Positions 23,101 through 35,746 of a stretch of 64,000 bases of DNA are shown piece after piece. The notes beneath the pieces are model-generated. The model searched no databases, was not told the origin of the DNA, and saw only the letters and a program-made list of their open reading frames with translations. The DNA is taken from contig CM052817.1 in NCBI GenBank assembly GCA_028534125.1, forward strand, positions 8,186,001-8,250,000, in the 5' to 3' direction. The DNA is from Lama glama. Taxonomy: Eukaryota. The first letter of the stretch is position 1; each line of letters begins with the position of its first letter. Made by a program: the position numbers and the translations under genes.

Positions 23101-26100
23101 CTCTGCTGCTCTCTCTTCAGGCCCCACCATGGCGCACTCCCCACTTTCTCCTTCCTTGGTGCTGGTAAGGAAAGTTTCACTTTCAGCAAATCCTTCCGTG
23201 ACCACAGCGCCACCTTCTTCAGCTGCGGCAAAGACAGTGCCTTCGCTGGCTTCCGCCCCGATGTGAAGAGGGTTGTTCCCAGAGCGCATACCGGTCGTGA
23301 AGCCTTCGTCCGCCTCGATGCTTGTGCAGGGCACGGCCGCCTCGCCCTCCCCCGTTTCTGAAGACGTGGTGGTGGCATCACCTGCCTTTACGGGGCTTAA
23401 GGGAACACCCCTGTCCTCCCCTCCAGCACTGGGGGCAGCAGAGGCCTGTTCTGCTCTAGCAGACCCCGTTGTCACATCGTCAGCTTTCCCGCTCCCTCGG
23501 TGGAGAACAGAGGACACAGCGTTCCTCCCAGCACTGGTGTCCACCTCACTGTTTTCACTCCTTCTTTCAACGCCAGCTGACGTGTTTTCTATTTCACCTG
23601 GGCCTCTGCTGTGCTCAAGCCCAGCAGTTTCCGCATCTTTTCCTCGGCTCACGCCTCCTGTATGAGCGACAGCAATGCCGTCTTTTCTGCCATTTTCTAT
23701 GGGAGCTCTAACTGTCTGCTTTGAACTGGGCCCTGTATTCGTGTCACCCTCTTTCCTGGCTGTGTCCATCGAGCCTCTTTCTTTGTGAATGTTCTCATTT
23801 TCCACAGTCACGTCTGCCGACTCACTACCAAGAGGCACGTTCACTTTCCCTTGTTTGCTGTGCAGCATGGTGACCTGGGGACCTTCTGGGATGTGTCTTC
23901 TGCTCCCTGCGCTGGCTTTGGCTGCCGTATCTACTGTGGAAACGGCATCACCCAGTTTGCTGTCACATGCCCTGGGGACCTGTGACTCTCCAGCAGCCAG
24001 ACTTGGGTTAGGGGTCTCAGAGCGGCCCACAAGTGAGGTGCTGGCTGGGCCTCCTTCCCCAGCAGTTCTCTTCTCAACCACAGGAATTACACTTGGATCA
24101 TGGGACTGCTTCTGAGGTGCAAATGTCATGGGGCTTAAGGATGGGGAAGGGTCTAAATCTGTGGGACGTTCAGGAGCTGTGTCTCCTTGAACAACACACT
24201 GCTCATTGGGTCTGGTGGTGTTTTTCAGATTCTTTTGTGCCCTGCAACTTTCTGGGGCCTGGGGTAACAGTTGATGACTAGTTTCAGAGTCTACGTTCAT
24301 CTCACGAGCTCCTTGCTGAGTGTATTCCTTCTCCCCTGGGTTCGGTTTGGACACAGTGCTTTGGAGATGCACTTTCTTGGTCAGGATGCTTTTGTGGTCA
24401 GCGTGCTTTTCAGAATTACCAATGGCTCCTGTTCCACGTCCTGATTTACAGGCCAGGGCTGCTGTTTTTGAATCTACCACAGAAGTTCTTAACTCATCCT
24501 TTAGAACTGTCATGGCGGCCTTCTGTTTCATAACGTTTTCCGAGTCGATGTCTTGCTGAGGACTGTTGCTGCTGCTGTCCTGGGTTTTAGATATCTCCAG
24601 TGCATTTTCCACGGCTGGCTCTGGATCAATTTCCATTGGCTCCTGTTCAGGCATTAAGGTGGGATCACTGCATTTTTTGGGTTTCTGAAGGGAGGAACTG
24701 CTGGGAGTGCCCAGAGGGTTTGCTGCCGGCTTTTCCTCTCCTTTGGTCATTTCTTGCGATAAGCTCCCTCTTCGATTTTCACACAACCTTCTACTTAATT
24801 TTTTCTCCATGACTGAACTATTTCCTCTGGCCTTTTCATGATTACTGTCAACTTCTTTCCCATCCCTGTCTTCTGATTTACTTTCTGATTTATTTTCTTC
24901 CCTCTTTTTCACATCCTTACTACTGTGCTTCAAGCTTCTGCTCTTGTGACCATCTGATAACTTCCTCTCAAGCCTGGCGGCACTTGAATCTTTCTCGCCC
25001 TTGTATTTCTCCTTTGCTGGTGGTACCTTAGCTCGGTGACTAGACTCTTTCTGGGCACCATGTGCTGAGGAAGCAGGGCTCTCTGACGCAGGCTCAGCGC
25101 CCCCTTCCTCAGCGGGTCTGTCTTCAGCTTTGGACTTCCGCTGCCTCTCTGGGTCACCTTCTTCTGTGTTCTTCTCCTTATCTGCTTTTGGAGTGGTTGC
25201 CTGTTTTGTGACATTTTCCTGCAATTCTGTTTCAACCACTTTTAACGGTTTACCCTGGCTTTTGGATTTAGATTTTAACACAAGTTTCTCTTCTAACAAG
25301 CTCTTGGTTCTTCGCCTCTCCTTGTGAACAACCTCTTCTGGCTTTGAATTACTGTCCATACTAGTCGAGTCTGTGTCACACTTATCCTCTGAATAACTTT
25401 CACTTCTTCTCTGTAATGTGATTCCATGTTGCTTGGACCCCAGAGAATCTTTCTGAATTTTAGAATCACTTGATCTTCTTGATTTGTGCTCTGACTTAGT
25501 TTTCTCGGCTGGCAAGTGTCTCTCTTTTTTGCTGTTTTCTTTACGAATGTTCTCATCAGTTTTTATAATATATTCAGAGACTGGCTTGCCATCTTTGCCC
25601 AAAATTGATAATTTCCTTTCATTCCTGTGTTTACTTTTTCGTTCAGCTTTATCATCTGAAGAAAGCTTTGTCTGTTGACTTGGCTTCTGAATATTTTCAT
25701 CTACTTTTAAGCCTTTCTCACAAGAGTGAAGCTCAGTCTCATCACCTGTTTTATGTGTGGGGTCACCTTTATATTTATGTTTCATTGACGGTTTGTCTTC
25801 TGACAGAGTTTTCTCTTTTTCAGGCTTGTCTTTGGAGGACTTTGTCTCTTTTTTAGGTAGGCTTTTCAAGTGGGGTGTTTCAGAATCATCTTTCTTTGGA
25901 TGCTTTTCATTCTTAAGTGTGCTTTTCTGTTTCTGGGGCTCTTCTGTGCCAGTTTCTGAGCGTTCTGCTGGCCTTTTTCCATCTCTCGTGTCAGTCTCTT
26001 CCTGTGCCCCTTCTACCACAACAGGGGTTGATGTCCGTCTTTTATGTTCCCTTTCTATTTTGGATTCATTTTTATTTTCATCAGCTGAATGCAAAGACTC

Positions 26101-26190
26101 TGAAAGTCTCCGGGCAGGTTTACTTGGTTCACTTTTTGCATGAATATGCTTTGAATCCTTTGAAGAAGACACTTTTTCCTTTTCACAATG
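20175..26190 (-). CDS. BOD1L1: BOD1L1 exon 10, giant internal exon (6,016 nt, ~2,005 aa), largely low-complexity
   Basis: Lies within ORF 20161..26256; TTACAG|CATTGT acceptor and ATAG|GTGAGA donor. Confidence 0.97.
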
Positions 26191-28009
26191 CTGTAAGAAA
26201 ATAACGGTTAAGATATAAGAAATACTAAAATTAATTTTTATATTCAAATTTAACATCTGGCTTCATTTAGTATGTTGAGTGCTGTCACACGTTACCCCTT
26301 AGTCAGTCTTTGCCAGCAGCCTGTAGGTATTAATTAACTTCATTTTCTGCAACTGGGACCTGAGACTCAGCATGATTCAATAACCTGATGCCTAGGCAAC
26401 AAGTTTAGATGATTTCATCCTGAGTCCAGTACTCTTCCCACGACATTGTAGCATCTTTGTAGAGAGTCTTTCTCCTGAGATGTGTCCATGCCTTTAGGAG
26501 GCCTTCTTAAACTCTAATTTGCCAAAGCCCACTAATGCCCAGGGGTCATTTTTAGTTCAGAAGCTTAATACCTAATGAAGGCAATTTAAAAATTTTATTA
26601 ATGAAATAAAGGTTTCTTGTATCTTAATTTAGAGATCCAAATTATATATGGAAACTTCATGAATTTAGGTAACCTGTAAGACAATGTACTTAGGAAACGT
26701 CAAATGAACCCAGTAACTCACAGTAATAGAAATCGTATCACATATCACGTATATATGTGTTTATGTATCAAGGGAAGATACTGATAGACCAAAGCCTCCA
26801 AACTGCCCCCCCCCCACCCCGAGTACGGCACTGAGTGGATTAATGTTAATGACTAAGCACATTTTAATAAAGACTCACTGACTAGCTGTAAGTATTCTTA
26901 TTCACACGATGGGCTGAGTCCTCAGAAAGGCCTCTGGGTCAGTTTATCAGTGTACCTTTTGACATTTTAACATGGAAGATTAATGTAATACTAATGTAGG
27001 GACCAGGACATAGCAAGATCTTTGAAAATACTTTAAAATTAAATTCCTCAAAAAAAAAGAACTAACAGGGATTTCATCAACCTAATTTTATAGTAAGTTC
27101 TAACCAATTAATGTGAATAAAATTTTATGAGATCATTTTTCACAGAAATGTGTCATAAAATGGTTAAATATTTTAAAATATGCCATTAAATATCAGAATA
27201 TAATTATAAATATGCCTCTAGTTCCTGGATAAAGACATCAGGAATAATTACTGGCTATGAATAAATAATTACTTAAGTATCAGTGTTCCCCTTACAAGTG
27301 CCAAGATAGTTCAGCTAGAGAATTATAAATATGGCAGAGTATATAAAGATTTAAACCCAGTGAAAGCAAAAGTTTAACCCAAGAACATGATGAAAAAAGA
27401 AGAAAGGTATTTATTGCATATTTTTGGGGTACTTTTAGGTAGATATTTTTACTATCTAAAATTATCAAATCTTGGAAGCAATCTAAGCACTCAACTGTAA
27501 GGAAATGCTTAAATTATGGTGTATCTGTTCAATACAACACTACACAATCATTAAATATAATTAGGAAGCTACAAGGTGACATGAAATGTGCATTAGGGAA
27601 TGTTAAAAACACTTTGCAAGATTACATCTACTCTACAAAATTATGCACATATGTGGATGAGAAATGGAAGAGAATGAAATGGATAATTTGTTAGGTGGAA
27701 GGATTTTAGCTTTCTCCACCTTTTCTTTTTCATTATTGTTACTGGCAGTCTTATTATTGCCAATATAAGAAACAAGAGCAGGGGAGTAGAAAAGTAGCTA
27801 TTATCCAGATAAAAGATCACATGAATCAACTCGCCAAAATGAGGAATTCAGGCCATAATAGAATGGGGGTGCTAGAACGCTGAATGTGACGGACTTCTTA
27901 TTCAACTTGGAAAAGATCAAATTGTATTCTACACTTTACTACAAAGGACTGAATGGTCTGTATCTAACAAAAGAACATTTAAAATGGGATTTTATTAACT
28001 AAGACACAC

Positions 28010-28082
28010 CTCACTTGTTTTGAGGGTTTCTTTGGCATCGTCTTCAGATTGCTGTTTCTTTTTAGAATTCTCATCAATGTTC
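28010..28082 (-). CDS. BOD1L1: BOD1L1 exon 9 (73 nt): NIDENSKKKQQSEDDAKETLKTSE
   Basis: CCTAG acceptor, GAG|GTGTGT donor; restores phase 0 for exon 10. Confidence 0.92.
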
Positions 28083-29056
28083 CTAGGTGGGGGAAAAATG
28101 AAATATGAACTTCATTTGAACTGAATGTAAGAACTTCCCAGGAAGGTTAAGAAAAAAGCTTAGCTTTTCTTTACCATGAACACTTAATCCATACAAAGAG
28201 ACTTGCACATTTCAATTTAAATCCTACTCTTGGACAACAGAAGAGAATCCAATCCCAACTGTGACACGGACTGTTCTTGGCTCTATAGTATACCTAAAAC
28301 AAAACTTCCTGAGTTGTTGCTTGAAGATGAATACTGTATGGGCTATAATTTCATTTTGAAAGTCTTATCTTTTGAATAACATACAGGGTAGTTGTATTTA
28401 TTCAGATCGACAGAGATGGGGTCTCTAAGAAAAATGAGAGCTAACTCCTCTCACTGAGGTCTGTAAATTACTGATTCAGCTATCAAGTCCATGATAAATG
28501 TACATAACTGCATCTCGATGGAACAGCAAAACTGTGGCCCATGGCTGCACAGCCACATTCAATCTCTTCTTATAGAATTAACTATAACTCAGTGTTAAAG
28601 AAAAGTTTGCTTTAGACCTCTGGCTTACAGGGAGAAGTATGAGATACTGGTGAGGTGAACTGCCCGCAAAGATGGGAGAATGGACACAACCACTGCCAGT
28701 AAGAGGTAACTGAATGTTCAGAGCAGGGACACTTCCCGGGTACTTCTAGAGGGTCTATAAACTCTGAAACTCTAGGGATAACTGTGTGTTTGCGCACATG
28801 CATTTTTGAGGAAAGAGTCCAAAGCTTCCAACAGATTATCAAAAAAGACAGGGACACCACCCCTCCAATACACTACTTTGAAATATTGCAGGTACTAATA
28901 CAATGAACTATGATACTAAAAAGGAAACCCTAAGGTCTTTCATGGAACAACATGCACATTCAAGGTCTGGCTCTTCACTGTCACTTTCAATGCCTCGCTT
29001 CTAAAAGCGTCCCGAGAGAATGCTACAACGGGAATGTGGCCAGATAAAATATGTAC

Positions 29057-29195
29057 CTGGAATCCTTTTTTCTTTTTTTGCTTAAGGCTACCTTTTTCTC
29101 TAAAACTTTCCGTTCCTTAAGAACTTCTTTAATTCGAGGGGCCTTGGGTTCCAAACTCTTTGCTGATGATTCTTCTAAGTCCACACTACTTTTGC
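29057..29195 (-). CDS. BOD1L1: BOD1L1 exon 8 (139 nt)
   Basis: CCCAG acceptor, AG|GTACAT donor; frame continuous. Confidence 0.94.
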
Positions 29196-29527
29196 CTGGG
29201 AAAGAAGCAATTGATAAACTGTATGTCAGAACAGAGTTTTAGAAATAGTGTAATATTTGTATTTCATTAAGATTTTCTAATCATAGTAAAAATGAAAAAT
29301 GGCTTTAATATCTCTAAGCTGTGCTGGAACAAAAACATTTTAGACAGAGAAGAGTCATATTTTCTATTTCAAATGCTCATATATGTACATGCATGTATTT
29401 CTATACACACGATCAGTGTCCAGAGGAAGTTCAACTTTGTTCAATGAAATATTCCAGATAAATGTCTGCCACCTCAGTTAACTTCAAGTATAGATTAATT
29501 CCATTAGTATCACTGCAAGGCTTGATG

Positions 29528-29605
29528 ACTCACATGTTAACAATGAATTTTTCCAGTGATAATTCATTCCATTATCACTGGAAAATAAATTACTAACATG
29601 TGAGT
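29528..29605. repeat. Inverted repeat (78-nt hairpin) in intron 7
   Basis: ACTCACATGTTA...TTTTCCAGTGATAAT [TCATTCC loop] ATTATCACTGGAAAA...TAACATGTGAGT. Confidence 0.9.
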
Positions 29606-29638
29606 TATATCATCTGGTACATGATAGAATGCTTAATT

Positions 29639-29855
29639 AATTAATTAATTAATTTTATTTTTTATTTATGTATTTATTTTACAATATAATTGTTTTTAAT
29701 TGAAATATAGTTGGTATACAATATTATATGTTACAGGTATACAATACAGTAATTCACAATTTTTAAAGGTTATACTCCATTTATAGTTATTATAAAGTAT
29801 TGGCTACATTCCCCGTGTTGTACAATACACCCATGTAGCTTATTTTACACCTGAT
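29639..29855 (-). mobile_element. Short LINE-1 3' end with TSD
   Basis: L1 3'UTR-like sequence with a (TTAA)n/(TTTA)n tail; 14-bp TSD TAGAATGCTTAATT at 29625-29638 and 29856-29869. Confidence 0.85.
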
Positions 29856-30095
29856 TAGAATGCTTAATTCAGATACAGCAATATAATAACAAAAGAAAGG
29901 GGACTAAACACATCAGATTAACAAGTAAGGAAATCTACACTTGAAAATAGATCATTTAAAAAAGCTAACAGCTTTACTGAGATACAATTTCGATCATTTT
30001 ATTGTATAATCATATCTCATAAGTTATAATAACATCTAGAAAATAATGGAGTATATAAGATAGTTTAAAATATTAAAAGCTCACATCTCCTATAC

Positions 30096-30207
30096 CTTGA
30101 CTCTTAGCTTTCGAAGACTTCGTCTTTTCTGCTTTCTGTTTTCGTTTTTCTTCAAGTTTCTCTCTATTAATTTGCCTTCTTAAAAGCCTCTCTTCTTTTT
30201 CTTTAGC
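30096..30207 (-). CDS. BOD1L1: BOD1L1 exon 7 (112 nt): AKEKEERLLRRQINREKLEEKRKQKAEK..., coiled-coil-like
   Basis: TTTTAG acceptor, G|GTATA donor; frame continuous. Confidence 0.95.
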
Positions 30208-31009
30208 CTAAAACCACAAAATACTCATAGGTGTCCTGAGAGATTACCAGGGAAAAGCAAAAACACTCTGGGATAAAAAATACGCTTGCCCTTCAGATGC
30301 TTTTACAAATCTGGGTTCTGCAAAAGTGCATATACAGCCGTGTGTACATGTGTATGTGTGTGCATGTGTTTCAATTTGGAAGCTACTAGGAGACCAATAG
30401 AGACAGATGTGAAATGTTTTCATTACTCTTCAGAATGTCATCAGTTTAAAGAATGAGAAAGGTGTTATTTGGGAAATGGTGGTTTAATAAACTGCTATTT
30501 TAATTAAAAGGATAGCTGTAAAAATACCTATGAGCATCAAGTGTATAGAGGTAGGTCTCCAGAATTCTTTTATTTTCTCTAAGGCAAAAGTTGAAATGCA
30601 GATTCAAGAGATAGGCTAGTCCTACAACTAATGTGACTTGCTGGCTATATTCTTAGGACCCAGGTTTTGGACATGGGACTTTCTGCAGCCGTATTTGAAA
30701 GCCAGAGAGAATCCAGTCATTGTGTGTTACTCCCACTGTCCTTTTCCCGCCCAGAACTCAAAGCCTCCAAGTGCCAAAAATCCTAAACTAGGACTAACTC
30801 CTGATCAACTAACCTCTTCAAGAGATAAGCCACCATTAACATTTTGGTGTACTTCCTTCAAATCATTTTTTTTTACATGCAATATTTCCTCATTCTATGA
30901 TGCACAACTTTTTATATCTTAATGTTTCTGAAATTGTAGGCCATCTTAAAACTAATGTATACATAAAATGAGGTAGCAATTTTTTTCTCTAAAAAGCTGT
31001 TAGTAATTC

Positions 31010-31202
31010 GATAAACAACAAGTTTATACTCTATAGCACAGAGAACTATATTCAGTGTCTTATAGTAACCTATGGTGAAAAAGAATATGAAAATGAATAT
31101 ATGTACGTTCATGTATAGTTGAAGCATTATGCTGTACACCAGAAATTGACACAACATTGTAAACTGACTATACTTCAATAAAAATATATATGTACAAAAA
31201 AA
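31010..31202 (+). mobile_element. LINE-1 3' end fragment
   Basis: ATAAACAACAAG..TATAGCACAGAGAACTATATTCA...AATAAAA; similar to the copies at 9.4 kb and 37.5 kb. Confidence 0.85.
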
Positions 31203-31563
31203 CAATTCAATGGCACATCTCAGAAATATTTTCAAACGCAGGAAATATGTGGACTGACTAATCTCCCGTTAATATTATGTTAATGGCTGACAACATCTCT
31301 CTTTATGGCTGGATCCACACTTGAGTCAAACATTTCCACACTATGAAACACCTAGGTCATTACCAATTCTTTACTACTATTAATCACAATGATATGAACA
31401 CCTCCATCACATGTCTATTCTGCCTGGAAAAATGACAACATTCCTGAAGGTAGAACCTACATTTTGCTGTTTCGACTGTTTACCAGTACCTGGTAAAGAG
31501 ACTCGTCAAGTTTCCCAACCTGATTTAACAGGTGACCACAGTAAGGGATTAAGTCTGACTTAC

Positions 31564-31730
31564 GATGGACTGCCGCCGCTGTTCTACAGTGAGTTCATCA
31601 TCAGAGTCACTGTAGTACTTTGAGTAAAGATACGGTTTGTGAACGTAAGCATGCCGTACGCTTTTTGCTTTCCCTTCACTGGGATCACTGGTTTGAGCTT
31701 TTGTTTTGTTCTGCTTGTTCTTTTCTTCAT
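31564..31730 (-). CDS. BOD1L1: BOD1L1 exon 6 (167 nt): DEEKNKQ...YVHKPYLYSKYYSDSDDELTVEQRRQSI
   Basis: CCAG acceptor, ATC|GTAAGT donor. Confidence 0.96.
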
Positions 31731-32923
31731 CTGGAAGAGAGTCAGCAGAAAGAGGAGCGTGTCTGTCAATCAGCAATAAAATCAACATGAAGCAGCAAAA
31801 GGGGTATCGACACAGTGCGAGTGTATTTGTGGGCCCGTCAGCAGAGACATCAGTATGTGAAAACTAACAAGCTGCCATTTTTAAAGGCTGTAATCCATAT
31901 CTTAATTTATTCCTTAATTTCCTCTTTCAGCTTCTCACACATCAAAAAGGCAAAGAAAAATTAGACCTGATAGTTATTTATGTTTCCTTGACAAATAGCT
32001 ACTCCTCGTTTGCATGTCAGTAGACTTGGCATGAATGCTTTAGCACAGCTAAGTGGAAAAATTCACCTGAAGCCATACTTTAAAGTCAAAGAGATTTTAA
32101 TGACCACCTGTGATCTCTTGTTTATGGAAGAAGCAAGAATCAATAAGTGGCCGTACTCCAAGTAGACACTAAAACCCCTCTACTTTAGGAAGGAGGGTCA
32201 GTTCCCTGTGACACAGCAAGGAGTAAAGAAGAAAACTGTATGCAAAGTTTTCATTCCCTACCATTCGGTACTCTCAAAATAGCCATCTTCTTACTTTTTG
32301 GATCCCAGACATGTAATATCTAGCCCTGTCCATGAAGAACCTTGAAAAGACCCGATAAAGCGTCAAGAAGTAAAATTTTAGTTCGGCTGAGAAGTGGAGT
32401 GTTCACAGGATGAGAGCTGCCTCCTACATTGGCACTCAGAAGTGACCTCGTGAGGATGATTGTGAAGAGTGGGGAGTGCTGCCGTTGCATTTTGGGGCCG
32501 CTATTTAGTTTTTAAATGAGCACTAAGAATGGAAAATGGGAGAGACTGAGAAATACATCTTTGGCATTAAAACCTTCTTCTTTTTCTCCTCTATGACTTT
32601 CTCTCTAGGCATTCTATCCAAAAGCCAGCAGCAAATTTACAAGACGCTACCTATAAGCAACTGCAAATAATACTCAGTATTTTTGATTTTTTGAAAAGGT
32701 CATAAACAATGTCCAATCATGTGGTAAAGAGCAGCATAGGTGTTGGTTAGTAGCCCAGACTCGGGTTTGAAGTTAGCGCTTGTGCTTGCTAGCTCCAAGG
32801 CCCTGGACGAGACACCTCCCCTGGTGACTGTTTCCTCACCTGCACCTGCACAATAGTGTGAAAACTGAGCACGCTGCCTGGAACGCCGGAAGTGCTTAAC
32901 GAGGGTTGGCTGAAAAATAAACC

Positions 32924-33480
32924 CTGTAACAAGGAGAGGTCTAGTCTTTGCCCTTGGTTCTGGGAGGTGATTTCTAAGCCTTTGGAATGCCATGTATGAT
33001 AGGAGTGTTCTTGTTTACCTGGAGTCTAGATCAAGTCAAATTGCTGTGGGTCGTGGGGTATCAGCTTGATCTCCAGAGGGGCTGGAGACTGAGGACAGAC
33101 ATATGTCTACATGATGGAGCCCCAGTAAAAACTTTGGACATCCAGGGTCTAGTGAGTGTCCCTGGTTGGCAATAATCTGTATATATCTTCAGATGTCAAT
33201 GCCAGGGAGGTAATGCTTTCCACAATTCAACAAGGAAAGGACAACTGGAAGCTCTGTGTTTAAACTTTCCTGGACTCTAGCCTATGTGCCTCTTCCCTTG
33301 GCTGATTTTAATGTGTCCCTTGGTGGTAATAAATCATAACCACGAGCTTAACAGTTTTCAGTGAGTTCTGGGAGTCCTTCTAGTAAATTACCAAACCTAA
33401 GGAGGGTGGTTTTGGGGACCCTGAATTTGCAATTGGTGTCAGAAGTGAGGGCCGTCTTGTGGACTGTGCTCCTCCAAACA
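32924..33480 (+). mobile_element. MER21-family LTR
   Basis: TCTGGGAGGTGATTTCTAAGCCTTTGGAAT...CCCTGGTTGGCAATA...GAGTTCTGGGAGTCCTTCTAG...TTGGTGTCAGAAGTGAGG. Confidence 0.75.
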
Positions 33481-33486
33481 CCATCC

Positions 33487-33522
33487 ACACACATACATGC
33501 GCACACACACACACACACACAC
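33487..33522. repeat. (CA)n microsatellite
   Basis: Direct reading; abuts the end of the MER21-like LTR. Confidence 0.9.
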
Positions 33523-33715
33523 GGCCCCCAAGATAGCATATTCATACACGATCTCATCTAAATCTTGTAATAATCAGGCAGACAACCTCAGAGCTGGGGC
33601 TCAAAGAAAGGTCCCATGGTCTTGCCACTACACCACAGTCTTTCATAATAGAGCCATCTGAATATACATTAATACCCGATGGGAAGCTTCAGAGGCATTA
33701 AGTAAAACGTTTTAC

Positions 33716-33865
33716 CGTCTGATGTAATCTCCCCTTCTTCCATGCTATCAGACATTACAACTTCCTCCTCAGTGTCTTCTTCAAAAGATGAAAGGTCACT
33801 GGTATGGACAGAGCTAACTGTGATGTCTGTAAGTCCATCCACATCAGAATCTATCAAAGAGAAAT
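33716..33865 (-). CDS. BOD1L1: BOD1L1 exon 5 (150 nt): DFSLIDSDVDGLTDITVSSVHTSDLSSFEED...
   Basis: GAAG acceptor after a pyrimidine tract, G|GTAAA donor; frame continuous. Confidence 0.95.
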
Positions 33866-34469
33866 CTTCACGAAGAAAATAAAACATAAAAAGTACATCA
33901 TCTTGTTATAAGAACATACTCAACACCCACATCTAAATTTTTCTGCTTTAAACACATGTCAAAAAACTTTAACTTCAGAACTAGTCTCTCATCATCAGTA
34001 ACCAGTATCATCAAATAAGGGAGAGTTGTTTCCGAAAAATACAAAGGCGCACTATTACCCTGTGAAATTAATGAAAATGTTAACTTATGATGTAGATGAT
34101 GTAAATAAGGAAATTTTAAGTAGCTAACTAAAATATTTACTATCTAATATTTTAAAGATTAAGATATACAAATATGAATAAAGTTGCTTGGAATAATGCA
34201 TGTGAATTAATTACAAGAGTTCAATTGTAAGGTTTAGAGCTTCTCTGTTCATTTACTCTGTGAATTGGTTAATTCACATGGTTAACATTAATATAGAAAA
34301 GAAAAATACAAATATTTATTCCTTATTTTTTAGCAAAGAGGATATGAGTTTTCAGGCTTTTAAACACAAGTATCAGATACATTTATTAAAATTCAAAGGC
34401 AAATTTGATGTGCCCACAATGGACACTCACTGTTCTTTAAATTGTTGTAGATTTTTCCAAGTTTTTTAC

Positions 34470-35084
34470 CTTCTTTTGTCCCTTCACCAGTTTTAGCTTT
34501 ATTATTGTTCTTTTCTGACAGAAGTTTTGAACATTCTCCCTCTTTTTCCTTTGCTTGTTTTTCATCTTTTACTTTTTGTACATCTTCACTCCTTTTTGAG
34601 TGATCGAGTTTCTTTTCAGTCTTTTCCTTCTTTTCTTTCTTTCTTTCTCCTTTTTCATTGCTGTCTGGTTTCTTTTCACCTTTATCTGTTGATTTATTTT
34701 TTTGGTCACTGCTTTCCTGTTGAACATCCTTGTTTGGCAGAACTGAACTATTACTCTCTTTTGTGTGACTTTTAGCTTCTTCAACTGGACAAGGGAGATC
34801 ACTAAATTCTTCAGACTTGGGGGCTGTTTCCTGTCCTTCCCCTGCAGGGTCAGGTGTAGATTTCTCTTTGTCAGTTGTCTCCTCTGAAGTTCTCTCCTTC
34901 TCGGCAACAGTGTCAGCGCTTGGCTGAGAGGGGAGTTTTTTGGATATTCTCTCACTGGACTTGGCGTTTGGCGTTTCTGTTGAGGACCTGGCAGCACTAG
35001 CTTCTTGGTTAAGAGATGTGATGGTTTCCAAGATTGACATGGCATCACTGGCCACATTTGCACTGGGTCCAGGGGCAGGGACAC
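34470..35084 (-). CDS. BOD1L1: BOD1L1 exon 4 (615 nt), Lys/Glu/Ser-rich
   Basis: AAAG acceptor, G|GTAAAA donor; open frame matches ORF 34393..35055. Confidence 0.95.
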
Positions 35085-35555
35085 CTTTGCGGGAAAGACA
35101 TGTTTTAGAATAAATTTACGCAGAAGGTAAACCCCTCTGCTGAACCAAGGTCACTTGCCACTGTCATCTTTATATGACACATACGTCTCTAGCCTTTCAG
35201 GTACTGGTGCTAGTGCCTAACACATTCTAAATTCTCTACCTCGCTAATATACTATCTTAGGAAAGGCACCATGCAAATCTGACAACAGTCTAGTTTCCAG
35301 AAAGAGTATGTTCTCTAATGATTTTAATTATTCCCTCTATTGAACCCCCCCTCCACTAAAAAGCCTATTATTCTGTATTAATTTTAAAAGAGAGAAATGT
35401 TATGCCAGTTGAGAAATTTGGGTGATAATTAAGATAAATACAATCTCACCGGACTGGCCAAATAGAGAAACGCTTTAAAGAACTAAATACCCCTAACTTG
35501 ATACTCAGTTCAAGAAGAACAGCAATGGGACCGACCAACAGCAAAAGCAGCACAC

Positions 35556-35746
35556 CTGGTGTGATGACGGAAGAGTCTGGTTTCTCCTCATCGGGAGCTG
35601 TGCTGCCACTCGCTTCTTCTCTGTGATTCAGTGTGGCCAAAAACTCATGCACAGCTTTTTCCACCTGAGGTCTGAATGTGTGGTTGATCTTTGGATCCAC
35701 AACCTGAGAAATAATTCGGTCAATGCCAGACTCCAACATTCCTGAT
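35556..35746 (-). CDS. BOD1L1: BOD1L1 exon 3 (191 nt): SGMLESGIDRIISQVVDPKINHTFRPQVEKAVHEFL...
   Basis: TTCAG acceptor, G|GTGTG donor; phase matches neighbours; BOD1-family sequence. Confidence 0.96.

Noticed and set aside
22046..23266. 406-aa plus-strand ORF (also 21086..21691 and 23273..23665) antisense to exon 10
   Set aside because: These are codon-aligned shadows of the GC-rich sense frame. The Ser/Pro/Val/Thr-rich translation mirrors the BOD1L1 codons, and there is no independent promoter or domain signal.
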